A program made the position numbers and the translations under genes. The notes below the pieces were generated by a model. It saw only the letters and a list, made by a program, of their open reading frames with translations. It had not been told where the DNA came from and made no database searches. A stretch of DNA of 29,344 nucleotides from Prasinococcaceae sp. CCMP 1430 (taxonomy: Eukaryota > Plantae > Prasinodermophyta), in the NCBI GenBank assembly GCA_013416795.1, contig RQSC01000964.1, positions 1 through 29,344 on the forward strand, written 5' to 3'. This document shows, in pieces, positions 1 through 10,452 of this stretch; the stretch's first letter is position 1, and the number at the start of each line of letters is the position of its first letter.

Positions 1-845
1 CGGGCGCGGGCGGGGGCGCCACATCAGCGCGCCGCCGGGCCGCGCTGCGGGGCGCACCGGCCGAGATCTTTTCTCGGAGGGTGCGGACGACGTCGAGAAC
101 GTATCTCTCACCCACGGGCGACGGACGACGCCACGCGCAGGTGTGCCGGCCGACGCTCACATGAGTGGGCGCACGGACGGAGCTCCGCTTCAGCCCAACT
201 TTTTTTTTTCGCGCGGCGCGGCGCCATAAAATAAAAAAAAATGGAAAAATGCCGGCGCAGCGCAGCGGCGCCGGAATGCGATGCGGCCGCATACGAACCC
301 TTTTCCCATCGTCGCCACGAACCTTTATTCCGATTTCTGAGGTTTGGGTTTGTGGTGGGCGCGCGCGCCCGCGTGCAGGCCTGATGGGCGCGGCCCGGCG
401 TTTTTCCGCGGGGATGCGCGCGCGGATTGGAGGTTCATTCGCATTCGCGGCGTCAACGCTTTCCGGGCGCGGCGCGGCGCGAAATGGCCAACCGCGGGAT
501 CGCGGCAGCCGCCGTTGCCGGCGGCCGCCGCCCGGGCAGCTCCGGGGACCGGCCACGCCCGACGCCGAGGGTGAGGCGCGCGGGTGCGAACTGATGGCCT
601 GCGGCGCGCGCGGCCTCATCCCCTCGCAGCGCGGCGAACCGAGGTCTGAGCGCAGCGCGAGCGTTTTTTTTTTTTTTTTTACGCGCGCGCGCGCGCGCGC
701 GCTGCTGCAGGACGACCCTGCTGCAGAGCGCGTGCAACCGGGCGACCGAGCGACCGAGGGACCGAGGGTTTACCCGGGGCAGACGCGCACGTGCGGCGGC
801 GGTCGTCGGTCGGTCCCACGGATTTTTTCCATCCATCCATACATC

Positions 846-898
846 CATCGATCCATCCATCGATCGACGCCCGGGTTTGATCGATGGATGGATCGATG
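846..898. repeat. Perfect 20-bp inverted repeat (hairpin) with a 13-nt loop
   Basis: CATCGATCCATCCATCGATC (846-865) is the exact reverse complement of GATCGATGGATGGATCGATG (879-898). It is preceded by ATCC tandem units at about 829-846. Confidence 0.95.
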
Positions 899-1009
899 AG
901 CCGCGGCGACGGCGACGACACCAGGTCCCGGACGCGGACCGACCGGGACTGTCGGGGCGTACGACAAGCGAAGAAGTTCAACAACAACAACAACAGCACC
1001 GACGAATAA
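896..1009 (+). CDS. Possible small ORF or orphan exon (37 aa, MSRGDGDDTRSRTRTDRDCRGVRQAKKFNNNNNSTDE)
   Basis: ATG at 896 to TAA at 1007-1009. Third positions are mostly G/C, like the genuine genes here. No recognisable family, and it is below the ORF-track cutoff. Confidence 0.2.
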   Translation: MSRGDGDDTRSRTRTDRDCRGVRQAKKFNNNNNSTDE

Positions 1010-1143
1010 CAAACAGAGCCGCATTGCTGCCTGCCTGACTGGGTGAAGCTGGATCCGTGGCGTGAGGCGTTCGTCGCGGCCCGCGCGGAGCTCGCCCGCG
1101 CCGGACCCCGTCGCGGATGGGAGGGCGCGGCGGCGGGTCGCGC

Positions 1144-1971
1144 NNNNNNNNNNNNNNNNNNNNNNNNNNNNNNNNNNNNNNNNNNNNNNNNNNNNNNNNN
1201 NNNNNNNNNNNNNNNNNNNNNNNNNNNNNNNNNNNNNNNNNNNNNNNNNNNNNNNNNNNNNNNNNNNNNNNNNNNNNNNNNNNNNNNNNNNNNNNNNNNN
1301 NNNNNNNNNNNNNNNNNNNNNNNNNNNNNNNNNNNNNNNNNNNNNNNNNNNNNNNNNNNNNNNNNNNNNNNNNNNNNNNNNNNNNNNNNNNNNNNNNNNN
1401 NNNNNNNNNNNNNNNNNNNNNNNNNNNNNNNNNNNNNNNNNNNNNNNNNNNNNNNNNNNNNNNNNNNNNNNNNNNNNNNNNNNNNNNNNNNNNNNNNNNN
1501 NNNNNNNNNNNNNNNNNNNNNNNNNNNNNNNNNNNNNNNNNNNNNNNNNNNNNNNNNNNNNNNNNNNNNNNNNNNNNNNNNNNNNNNNNNNNNNNNNNNN
1601 NNNNNNNNNNNNNNNNNNNNNNNNNNNNNNNNNNNNNNNNNNNNNNNNNNNNNNNNNNNNNNNNNNNNNNNNNNNNNNNNNNNNNNNNNNNNNNNNNNNN
1701 NNNNNNNNNNNNNNNNNNNNNNNNNNNNNNNNNNNNNNNNNNNNNNNNNNNNNNNNNNNNNNNNNNNNNNNNNNNNNNNNNNNNNNNNNNNNNNNNNNNN
1801 NNNNNNNNNNNNNNNNNNNNNNNNNNNNNNNNNNNNNNNNNNNNNNNNNNNNNNNNNNNNNNNNNNNNNNNNNNNNNNNNNNNNNNNNNNNNNNNNNNNN
1901 NNNNNNNNNNNNNNNNNNNNNNNNNNNNNNNNNNNNNNNNNNNNNNNNNNNNNNNNNNNNNNNNNNNNNNN
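1144..1971. other. Assembly gap (828 N), probably hiding RPL9 exon 1 and its promoter
   Basis: Run of N directly visible. RPL9 lacks its first codons downstream of it. Confidence 0.9.
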
Positions 1972-2330
1972 NCGCAGCCGCACGCGCTCGTGGCGGCGGG
2001 TGATGGCGCGCCGGCCCCGGCCGGTCCGTCACGCCCACGCCTTGCGCTGCGGGCCGCGCCCACGGACCTCAGCTGCCTCAGAGGTGCTGCGCGCAGGGGC
2101 GGGCGGGCGGGCGGCGATGTAGCAGGCCGGGCTGGTCGGTCAGCGCTGTGCGCGTCGCCGCCTCTGCCCGGTGCGCGTGGGCTGCGCGGCGCGGGTGCCA
2201 CCGTGCGCTCGCCCTTGCTGGCTCATCGGGCGTTCTGTCTGTGGGCGCGCGCGCGCTTGCCGTCTCCCATGCTCCCTTGCCGCGTGCGGCCTCGCGTAGC
2301 GCTGACACCCGAGCGCCCGACGTCGCACAG

Positions 2331-2886
2331 CTCCATCGACGTGCCCGAGGGCGTCGAGGTCACCGTCGAGTCGCGCGTGGTTACCGTGAAGGGCCCCCGT
2401 GGCACTCTCACCAAGAGCTTCAAGCACTTGCGCGTGGACATGCAGCTGCTCGAGAAGGAGGGCGGCGGCCAGGAGATCGTCATCGACATGTGGTTCGGCA
2501 AGACCAAGCAGATGGCTTCGCTGCGCACGACCATCAGCCACATCAACAACCTGTTCGGCGGTGTGCTGCAGGGCTACAGGTACAAGATGCGGTGCGTGTA
2601 CGCGCATTTCCCCATCAACTGCACCATTGAGCAGGGCCCGCACCGCATTGAGATCCGCAACTTCCTCGGCGAGAAGCGCCCGCGCATTGTCAACATGCTC
2701 GAGGGCGTCACCATCACCCGTGACAAGGATGTCAAGGACCAGTACATTCTGGAGGGCAATGACATCGAGAACGTGTCCAGGAGCTGCGCGCTGATCTACC
2801 AGTCGTGCCTGGTGAAGAAGAAGGACATCCGCAAGTTCCTCGATGGCATCTACGTCTCCTCCAAGGGCCGCATCGAGGCAAACTAA
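2331..2886 (+). CDS. RPL9: 60S ribosomal protein L9 (uL6), main exon; first exon not located
   Basis: [26 protein letters not shown]...[13 protein letters not shown]...[10 protein letters not shown]...[13 protein letters not shown] is the unmistakable uL6 eukaryotic signature. Branch point GCTGAC at 2301-2306 and acceptor CAG at 2328-2330. Stop TAA at 2884-2886. Confidence 0.96.
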
Positions 2887-2975
2887 GCGCAGCGCAGTTG
2901 GCGGCACCCCTGCCGCCGGTGAAAGCCGCGGGGCCCTCCCTTTGGCCGGCCTGGCGCACATCGCGCGCCGTCCAT

Positions 2976-2980
2976 TGTAA
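2976..2980 (+). terminator. TGTAA green-algal polyadenylation signal of RPL9
   Basis: TGTAA lies 90 nt after the stop. Equivalent minus-strand TGTAA motifs follow the EamA gene (16970-16974, 16981-16985) and RPL4 (22158-22162). Confidence 0.6.
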
Positions 2981-3193
2981 TCAAATCGCCCCGAAGCTGA
3001 ACTGGTGGTGCATTCTCTCGAGTCGTCAGCGCAGTGCGCTGCACAGGGAGCTTTCTGATGGCACGTCTGCGGTCATTACGAAACGCGGTGCTGCTCTAGC
3101 CGTCTACGCTGAATGCCATAGACTACGCGGCCGGGGGGGCTGGGGGCACGCGCTCTACTCCGCTGCGTTTCCCCTGCTCACTTGTAGCAGGTG

Positions 3194-4429
3194 TCATGGC
3201 TGACGCATCGCCTCCTCCAGTGGCGAGAAGGCGCATCTGAAGCCAACGTCGGTCATGCGCATCGCAGGCGGGTCGCTTTCCGTGCGCCACGCTCCCCAGC
3301 CACCGCTCCCCCGTCGGTTGAAGCTGAGTCCAGCATTGACGCGCTCATCGCCGGGCTGACTGCCGGCATGGCGCCCCGCGTGCGCGGCGTCGGCAGTCCA
3401 CTCGAAGACGTTACCGGCGAGACCCATCGCGCCGCATGGCGCCGTGTCGCGTGGGAACGCCTGCGTAGGCGCGGCGTGGCCGAGCCCCGCCTCGGCGGTG
3501 TTGGCGGCGCCGTCGATCCACTCGTCGCCCCAGGGGTAGCGACGACCGTCGTGGCCGCGCGCAGCGCACTCGCGCTCGATCGCGCGCGGGAGGCGGAGCC
3601 CCATTGCGCCTGCAAGAAGGCTCGCTTCACCCCATGTAACATTGGTGAATGGCACTCCCGCTGATCTCGGCCGCGCAGCCTGGGCGGCGGCCGCCGTCGC
3701 GAGCGCACTGCCTGCGCTGAGCGCGGCCACTTCATGGGGCGCACCGGCGCCCGCACCAGCTGACGTCGAGTCAGGGATACACTTGCGGTAGCCTAACAGG
3801 CCAAGCAGTGACGTCATCCCCACACGCCGCCGAGAAGCGCGCGAAGACGCGCGTTCGAGCGCGCGCGTCGCCATCTCGGCGGTCACGGGCACGACGTCAA
3901 TGAAGAAGCCACGACGCATGTGCGTTTGGGCGCCGCGGCCTGGGCCTACGAGATAGTCGCCGCGCGCTACCCAACACATTTGCGACAACCTCTCTTGCCG
4001 AGGCAGCGTGCGTAGGAGCGTCTTGGCAGTCTTTGGCGACAGGTCCGGGCGCAGCTCCGCGGCAGCGGCCTGGCCGAGCGCGCGCCCGGCGAGCGCCTGC
4101 CAGATGCCGGACTCACGCACGGCGGCGCGGCACCCACGTCCGCTGAGCTCAAGCGACGCGACGTCGGAAATATTGTCAAGGGCACGCGCCACCTCTTGCT
4201 GCACGTCCGAAGGGAGAGCAGCGAAGTCAAAGGCGGGCGGCCCGCTGCGTCCGGCGTCACTGCCACCCATCGCACAGCCTGCACGCACTTGCGAAGAGGC
4301 ATCTGCTTCCATCACCTCGCAGCTTCCGGTGCCGGCCGCCCACGGCGCATGTGCCGAAGCACCGGCGCCCGTCGTGGCAGCCCGCGGCGATGTCGTTCGC
4401 TTCCACAACGACATCAACGGTGGGACCAT
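3194..4429 (-). CDS. F-box-like plus FGE-sulfatase (SUMF1-like) domain protein; start codon uncertain (in-frame ATGs at 4672, 4603, 4429, 4414, 4312, 4270)
   Basis: FFIDVVPVT; NVTWGEA; LRLPRAIERECAARGHDGRRYPWG; GAMGLAGNVFEWTAD; terminal GFRCA are typical of the FGE-sulfatase family. The upstream LPSDVQQEVARALDNISDVASLELSGRGCRAAVRESGIWQAL fits an F-box pattern. Confidence 0.8.
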   Translation of the reverse strand: MVPPLMSLWKRTTSPRAATTGAGASAHAPWAAGTGSCEVMEADASSQVRAGCAMGGSDAGRSGPPAFDFAALPSDVQQEVARALDNISDVASLELSGRGCRAAVRESGIWQALAGRALGQAAAAELRPDLSPKTAKTLLRTLPRQERLSQMCWVARGDYLVGPGRGAQTHMRRGFFIDVVPVTAEMATRALERASSRASRRRVGMTSLLGLLGYRKCIPDSTSAGAGAGAPHEVAALSAGSALATAAAAQAARPRSAGVPFTNVTWGEASLLAGAMGLRLPRAIERECAARGHDGRRYPWGDEWIDGAANTAEAGLGHAAPTQAFPRDTAPCGAMGLAGNVFEWTADAAHAGRHAGSQPGDERVNAGLSFNRRGSGGWGAWRTESDPPAMRMTDVGFRCAFSPLEEAMRQP

Positions 4430-4911
4430 CCTGGCCGCGTGCCCGCCGTGCCGCGCGCTCGTGCGCCGACGCGCTTTGCGCGGTCGAATCGAAGTCCGGC
4501 GAAGCGTGCGTGAAAAGGCACGCGCACGGCTTGCTCGTACGCGAGCTGCGCCCGACCGTGGGCAGCACGCTAAGTGGCCCGCACAGCTCACCCTCCCGAT
4601 CATCGGACCCCACGCCGAGCCGTGCGACCGGAGCCCCTCCCCTCGCACCCATTCACTCCCGCCAGGCGACATCCATCGTAGCGCATCTCCCCACGCAACG
4701 TCCGCACGCTCCGTCGCCGCGCCGCCAGCTGGCCCCGCGCGGCGCGCGCGGCCGCGAACGGCCACACACAACCGATCCCGGGGCGCGGCCGCGCTGCAGT
4801 CGGCGCGCGCGGTCGCCACAGGCCCCTCTCCGTGCACTACGCGCGCGCGCGCGCGCACCGCCGCCGCCGCCGCGGGGGAACGCCCCAGGTCACTCCGCAC
4901 GCCCGCTCAAT

Positions 4912-4920
4912 AAACCCTAA
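4912..4920 (+). promoter_or_regulatory. Telo-box-like AAACCCTAA in a divergent intergenic region
   Basis: Exact plant telo-box sequence between the FGE-domain gene (-) and FKBP (+). Confidence 0.4.
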
Positions 4921-5027
4921 CACCATAATTTAGGTATGGGATGGGAGGGTCCACCTCGGATTTGGGGCGCAGGTGAGATAAGGGCCGAGCGCGGGCGCGG
5001 GAGTGCCACACGTGCGCGCGGGCCAGA

Positions 5028-5654
5028 GTGTACGCGGGCGTGCAGAGGGCGGATCGCGCTAGGCGCGCCGGGGCAGGGGGGCGGGGGGTCCGGGTATGCC
5101 ACGTGCCGATCGATGTCTTCCAGGCATTGCGCTCGCGACGGCAGCGGGCGCGCACCGCTATGCTCGGCGCGGTGGGTGTGCTCTCGGCCGCCGGTGCGCG
5201 GCCCGCTCGCGCCGAGTTCACAAAGCTACCCGGTACGGGCGCGGTCGTCGAACGCGTGGAGCAAGGCGCTGGCGCCGACGCAGCGTCCGCGGCGACGCGC
5301 GACTCGGTGGTCTTCCAATACGTGCTCCGCCGGGCAAACGGGTACTTCGTGTACAGCACCACCGACGCCTATGTCGGCAACAATGACGCTGACGAGGAGC
5401 CCGAGATCGCGCAGATGGGCGTTGGCAACCTGCTCCCGGGCCTGGAGGAGGCGCTCGAGGGGGAGCGGGCGGGGGCGGTGTTCCGCGTGCTGGTGCCGCC
5501 GACCGCCGGCTACCAGAGCTACCCCGGCCTGCAGCCGCAGGTGCAAGGCTTCGGGCCGCTGCGCCAGATCGAGGCGCACAAACCCGAGCCGCTCGTGTTT
5601 GAGGTGAGGCTCGTCAAGGTGGCCAAGGGATCTGCCGCCGCGGCGGGCCAATGA
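5028..5654 (+). CDS. FKBP-type peptidyl-prolyl isomerase, thylakoid-lumen FKBP17-1-like; 5' end uncertain (first in-frame ATG at 5160)
   Basis: VVFQYVLRRANGYFVYST...LLPGLEEAL...RVLVPPTAGY...FGPLRQIEAHKPEPLVFEVRLVKV matches my recollection of plant FKBP17-1. RR...hydrophobic...ARA resembles a Tat lumen-targeting signal. Confidence 0.88.
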   Translation: MYAGVQRADRARRAGAGGRGVRVCHVPIDVFQALRSRRQRARTAMLGAVGVLSAAGARPARAEFTKLPGTGAVVERVEQGAGADAASAATRDSVVFQYVLRRANGYFVYSTTDAYVGNNDADEEPEIAQMGVGNLLPGLEEALEGERAGAVFRVLVPPTAGYQSYPGLQPQVQGFGPLRQIEAHKPEPLVFEVRLVKVAKGSAAAAGQ

Positions 5655-5755
5655 GTAGCTGCGTGCGCTCTGAGGGCGCGCCACGCGTGCAGCGCGCGGC
5701 GGGTGGACGAAGTAATCGTGTTTCCACATGCACATCGCGGATTGCATCGCTCGCC

Positions 5756-8422
5756 TCAGCGCCGCCCACCGCCCGAGCCGCGACTGCGCCCCCCGGAGTG
5801 CCCGGAGCCCTGCCCGCGCGAGTGCGGATGCGAGCTGGAGCGCATGCGCTCATCGCGCTCTCGCTCACGATGGCGGTCGCGATCGTCGTACCAACTCGAT
5901 CGCTCTCGCTCGCGGTAGTACTCACGATCGTCGCGCCTGCCGTCGTAGTCGTGATCTCTATCGCTGTAGCCACCCGGGCCATTTGGTCCATACTGCCGCT
6001 GCTGCCCACCGCTTCGACCGCCTTCCCTGCGCCACTCGTCGCCACCGCCGTGGCCGGCGCCACCGTGGCGCGACTCATTGCGGCGGTTCGATGGCCCCCG
6101 GCGGTCGTAGGCATGGGCTCTCTCATCTCGCCGCCTCGCGTCGGCGTTCGGATGCGAGCCAGGCGAGGGCCCGTGGTGCCCGTGACCGACCATCGCAGCA
6201 TGCGCGGCCTGGCGCGAAGCCTCGGCGACATGGGGCCGCATGCCGAGCGACACACCACCGTGCGCCCCTCGCAACCACATGTCCATCTCTTCCGAAATGG
6301 CGCCCAAGTCAGCCGTCAATTGCCTGAGCTGCGTGTGAACACTCTTCAGAACGTCCACGTCGTCGCCGTAGTCGTTGGCGAGCACCCCGATGCCCTCCAT
6401 CGCCGACTTGCCAGTGTGCCCGAACCACTTGACTCGTGGATCGCTTGACAACATCATGTCGTTGTATTTGGCCGTGTACTTGTTGGCGTTGCCGATGAAC
6501 GCCTCCGCCGCAGGTGATAGCTTCGGCAGCTCTCGCAGGCGCTGCCCATGCTGGGCGTGGCCCTGAGAGGCGTGGCCCGGCTGCCCATGCCCCTGCGGCT
6601 GCGGCTGCGCGTGGTGCCCATTCGCTCCAGGCATCTGTGCACCCCCCGTCACAGCCCCGGCGTACGTGCCGTTGTTGCTGCCCTCCCACCGAGCGCGCTG
6701 CTGCTCTGCGCCCTGCTCCCAGTCGAGCAGGACAGCATCTGCTGGTACCGGCAACTTCGCTGAAAACATCTTGCGCAGCTTGTCATAGTCTGGCGTGTCA
6801 TCAAACTCGAGCGTGTCCAGATAACGCGACATCTCTGCGATCTCTGATGGCACCTTCACGGCGGGCGTCCTCCCCAGCGGTCCGACAGGCTGCGCCTCGC
6901 CCTCAGGCACAGCCGCGATGAGCGTCGACGGATCCTTCCTGCAGCGGTTCTTCTCCTTCTCCACAGTGCCACGCCTGTCGTCACTGGGGCCCTTTGGGTT
7001 GTGGTGATCAACCAGCTCCTTCCAGGGCAGCGTGCCAGCGACAAAGTCGACGAGCACGTACAGGAGGCTCCACAAGTCGTCATGGCGGCCCAGTTCGCGT
7101 CCAGTGTATGCATTTGCTGACGCCCAGGATGCGCTCCCGCGGAAGTCGGCGCGCGTGCTCGGCTTGCGCGCCTTGCCCGTCTCTCGGTCGATCCACAACT
7201 TTGCAAGGCCAAAGTCGACGAGGCAAGGCTTGCGCGACGAGTTCGAATCCAGCACGAAGTTCGCGGCCTGCAGGTTTTGAAACGCAGGATATTTCGTGGT
7301 CAGCACCGACACGCACAGGTGCGCGCATGACATTCTTGTGTTCAGCTGGGGTAGCGCTCAGGGCGCATCACGCGCGACCACATGGGCGCCTCTCGCACTG
7401 CTGCGCACAGACACGAAGCGTGCTGCGACTTAGCGGACACCCCTTTGGCCTGCGCGCGCCGCGGGCGAGTGCACATCCATCCGCGTTCGCCACGCGAAAG
7501 AAACCCTGCGTGCAGCCGCCGCCTGCATGGCATGGGCGAGGCAGCAGGCGCGGCTCGGTGGAGGCGCGCGCGCTCGAGGCGGCGGCCACCAAGCCGACAT
7601 AGCTGACACATGCACTTGCCCCCCCAAGGTCGCGAGCGCGCGCCGGCGCAGAGGGAAGCTGCGCAGCGCCGATGAAATAGGCGAGGAAACCCTGCACATG
7701 CGCGATATTTCGCCCTCCGCGCCCGTTCCGCCCTCTACTCGCTGCACACTGCAGCAGGTGTGGGCAGACTCACCTTGACGTCGCGGTGCACATACCCCGC
7801 GGTGTGCATCCCCTCAAGCGCGTCGATCATCTTCACGGCGAGAGCGCGCATGGTCGGCAGCGTGAACACGCCCATCGCGCGACGCTTCTCGTACAGGGAC
7901 TCGCCCATGAGCGTCATGACCTGAAATCGCGGCAAGGGCCAAGCGGCAAGGTCCTCGTCAGCGGCGGCGGCAAACGGCGCGCGCGCTCGCACGCGTGCTT
8001 CGATGCAACCATATGCAGGGGGGGGCGGTCCTCGGCCACCTTGTCGAGCAAGGCGGCGCCTGCGCACCAGCCTCGCCTCGACTGGCCGTCGCGCATGTGC
8101 GCGCGTGCGGCGTCTCGCGTACCAGATACTCGACGTTGTTTTCCTCGTCGTAGCCAGCGTCGATGAGTCTGGGCGCCGCAACCATGCCCGCCTTCTCCAG
8201 CTCCTCTAAAAGCGTTCTCTCCAACCTGAGCAGCGTCTTCCGCTCCGGGTCAACCTCCACCTTGATCGCATGCTCCTCCGTCGTCTGGACGTCGCTGCAG
8301 CGGTAGACATCGCTGAACTGCCCGCGGCCGAGCAGCGCCCCCTTGTCGCGGCCGTCGACCAGGAAGCGGCCCGCGACGTGCACGCGCTTGGTCAGCACGC
8401 GGCCCGGCCGCTGCTGCGGCAT
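5756..8422 (-). CDS. Casein kinase 1 superfamily, tau-tubulin kinase (TTBK)-like; exons 8422-8123, 7920-7774, 7267-5756
   Basis: GRGQFSDVY, AIKVE, HRDVK|AANF, DFGLAK, FRGSASWAS, GRHDDLWSLLYVLVDFVAGTLPW (TTBK-type). Both introns are GT-AG, phase 0, with GCTGAC branch points. The C-terminal tail is R/D/E/S-rich. Confidence 0.9.
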
Positions 8423-8785
8423 CGCTCCCCCGAACGGTCGGCCCGCTGCCGCCGACCCGCGGCCGCGCAGCCCCCGCGCTGTGGCCCACCACCCACCCGC
8501 GCGGCGCTCGCAGGGGCCGGCCGGCCTCCCGAGTTTGCAGGAAAAAAAGAAAAGCTGTTTTCCCGTATCGAAAAGAATGCATTTTTTAAATTGTGTCTCT
8601 CCGCTCACGCACGCAGACTCTTCACCTGCTCACTCTACAGCCTAAAAAAAAAACCAAGCGGGCCGGCCCGGCCGGCAGACGTGAAATAGCGCACATGCGA
8701 CTCGATACCAGTCTCACTTGATCCCTCTAGAGGCTCTCGGAAGCACAGCCACCCACACAGCGAGCGGGGGCTGTACCCTCCTCAC

Positions 8786-10451
8786 TTACGCGGCCACCGT
8801 CGCCGGCTTGGCCGCGGGCGGGTCAGCCTTGTCCTGCGACGGCGCAGACTTCGAGGCCAGGGAGTACGCCGCGACGCCCACCATCGCGAGGCCGAAGCCC
8901 TGGAGCTGCTGGTCGGTGACCGCGCCGCCCATGAGAGTCACACTCACCGCCACGACGAACACGCGCTTCATCACGTTTCCGATGGACGAGGAAAGAGGGG
9001 TGAGGCTATCCAGGCAGATGAGAGCAAGCTGGTTGTAAAGGAAGAAGCTGACGCCGCCAAGAAGCACCGCGCCGGCCAGCACGTTCGTGCCACCCATCGC
9101 GGTTGCGGCCGACGCGAGCATGGCGGGCGCGTTGGCCCACATGGAGCTCTCCATCGCAACCGCGAAGCCGAACGCCACCGGCGCGGCCAGCAGCAGCGCG
9201 CGCGCATACACACGCAGCGGGCTGCCTGCCACCGGCGTAGCGCCGGCCTCGTCCTTGAGGCTTCCCTTGATGCTGGCCTGATGGAAAGCCAGGGTGCTCG
9301 AGCAGATGAGAGCGGCGGTCAGCGCATACGCCACCTGGGCGTCAATCCCACCGCCGCCCTTGCCCATGCTGGCCCACGCCACGCCACCGACAATCGGCAG
9401 CAGGCTCATCCAGATCTTCAGCGAGAGCTTCTTGCCGAAGACGAACACGGCGAGCAAGGCCGAGAAGATCGGCTCAGACGCCTTGGCCGTGTGAGCGTAG
9501 CAGAGCGACGCGCCACCGATGGCCGCCATGCTCGCAGCGTGCGTCGTCGCATGCAGCACACCCTGACGCCAGGCGCGGCCAGCGTCCACCGACACGAGCT
9601 CCTTCAGCTTCATGCCGTTGCCGCGCGCCGTCTCGACAGCGGCGAGCGTCAGCATGCTGCACGTCACGCAGATGAGGTTGAAGGCTGAGTGCAGCGACAT
9701 GGGCGCGGGCAGCACGTTGAGCAGCTGCTTGGAGATCAGGTTGTACACCATGTACATGGAGAACCACATCGCGATCTGGCAGGGCAGCGTGAACTTCTTC
9801 AGCGGCTCGGGCAGCTGCAGCATGAAGCAGAACTTGTTCAGGCACATGGCCAGGAAAGGCAGCTTCTCGGCCTCCTTCTGTGCGGCGCGAAGCAAAGGCG
9901 GGGGGCGTCGCAGGCGTCGCGTCCGAAAGCGAAATGCACGCGAGAGGGATCACACGCATGCGTTTGGGCAGGCGAGGGGGAAAGGGGGAGGGGGCGGTGT
10001 CACGTCAGAGGCGTTGCCAGGCGCACTCTAGTCCCGCCGCGCACCGCCTGCCACCAGTGCGCGCGGGTGTCTTTCCGTCCGCGCCACTGCCTCGCAGCGA
10101 GCGCGGCGGCCCAAGGGCCAAGGGCAGAAGGCTCGTGCGCACTCCTGGTCGAGGCCATGCGTCACGCGCGCCTGCGGCGCGGCGGCGCCCGCGGCGGCGC
10201 GCACGCCCTCCCGGCGCGCCTGCCGCTCAAGGGGCGCCTGGATTCCGAATTCCACGGCGGCACTCGTCGTGCGCGGCGCAGCGGCTGGGCGCGGCCCAGC
10301 GGGCGGCCGTAGCCACCGCGCGCGCCCTCGTCTCACGCACCTCCTCCTCCGGGCCCTTGCCGATGATGAAGTCGCCCGTGCGCCGCGCCGGCTTGTTCGA
10401 CGCGTCGTCGCCAGCAGCGCCCGCGCCGGCCGCATCGGCGGCGGCGGCCAC
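8786..10451 (-). CDS. Triose-phosphate/phosphate translocator (TPT/SLC35E) family protein; main exon 9877-8786, probable upstream exon 10451-10341, 5' part missing
   Basis: Multi-TM protein with HTAKASEPIFSALL, FFLYNQLA...LTPLSSSIGNVMKRVFVV (H/K/Y/KR phosphate-binding pattern of plastid phosphate translocators). Acceptor CAG at 9880-9878. The GTGCGT donor at 10340 is in phase 0. The upstream exon assignment is inference. Confidence 0.85.
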
Positions 10452-10452
10452 N

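Noticed and set aside
57-110. Possible minus-strand exon ERYVLDVVRTLREKISA followed by a GTGCGC donor; also plus-strand LPDWVKLDPWREAFVAARAELAR at 1031-1100
   Set aside because: These are too short and cut by the window edge or a gap; no family can be assigned.
770-1024. Minus-strand MRLCLLFVGAVVVVVELLRLSYA..., which looks like a signal peptide
   Set aside because: The Val run is the complement of the (AAC)n repeat, and the codons are AT-ending, unlike the real genes here.
679-2201. Long ORFs spanning the N gaps (also around 12245-12732 and 23550-24080)
   Set aside because: They are artefacts of translating N as X with no stop codons.
10045-10158. Alternative TPT first exon (ATG 10158, donor at 10044)
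   Set aside because: It is in phase but has weak coding character. The Ala-rich exon at 10451-10341 with a GTGCGT donor fits a translocator N-terminus better. Not excluded without RNA data.
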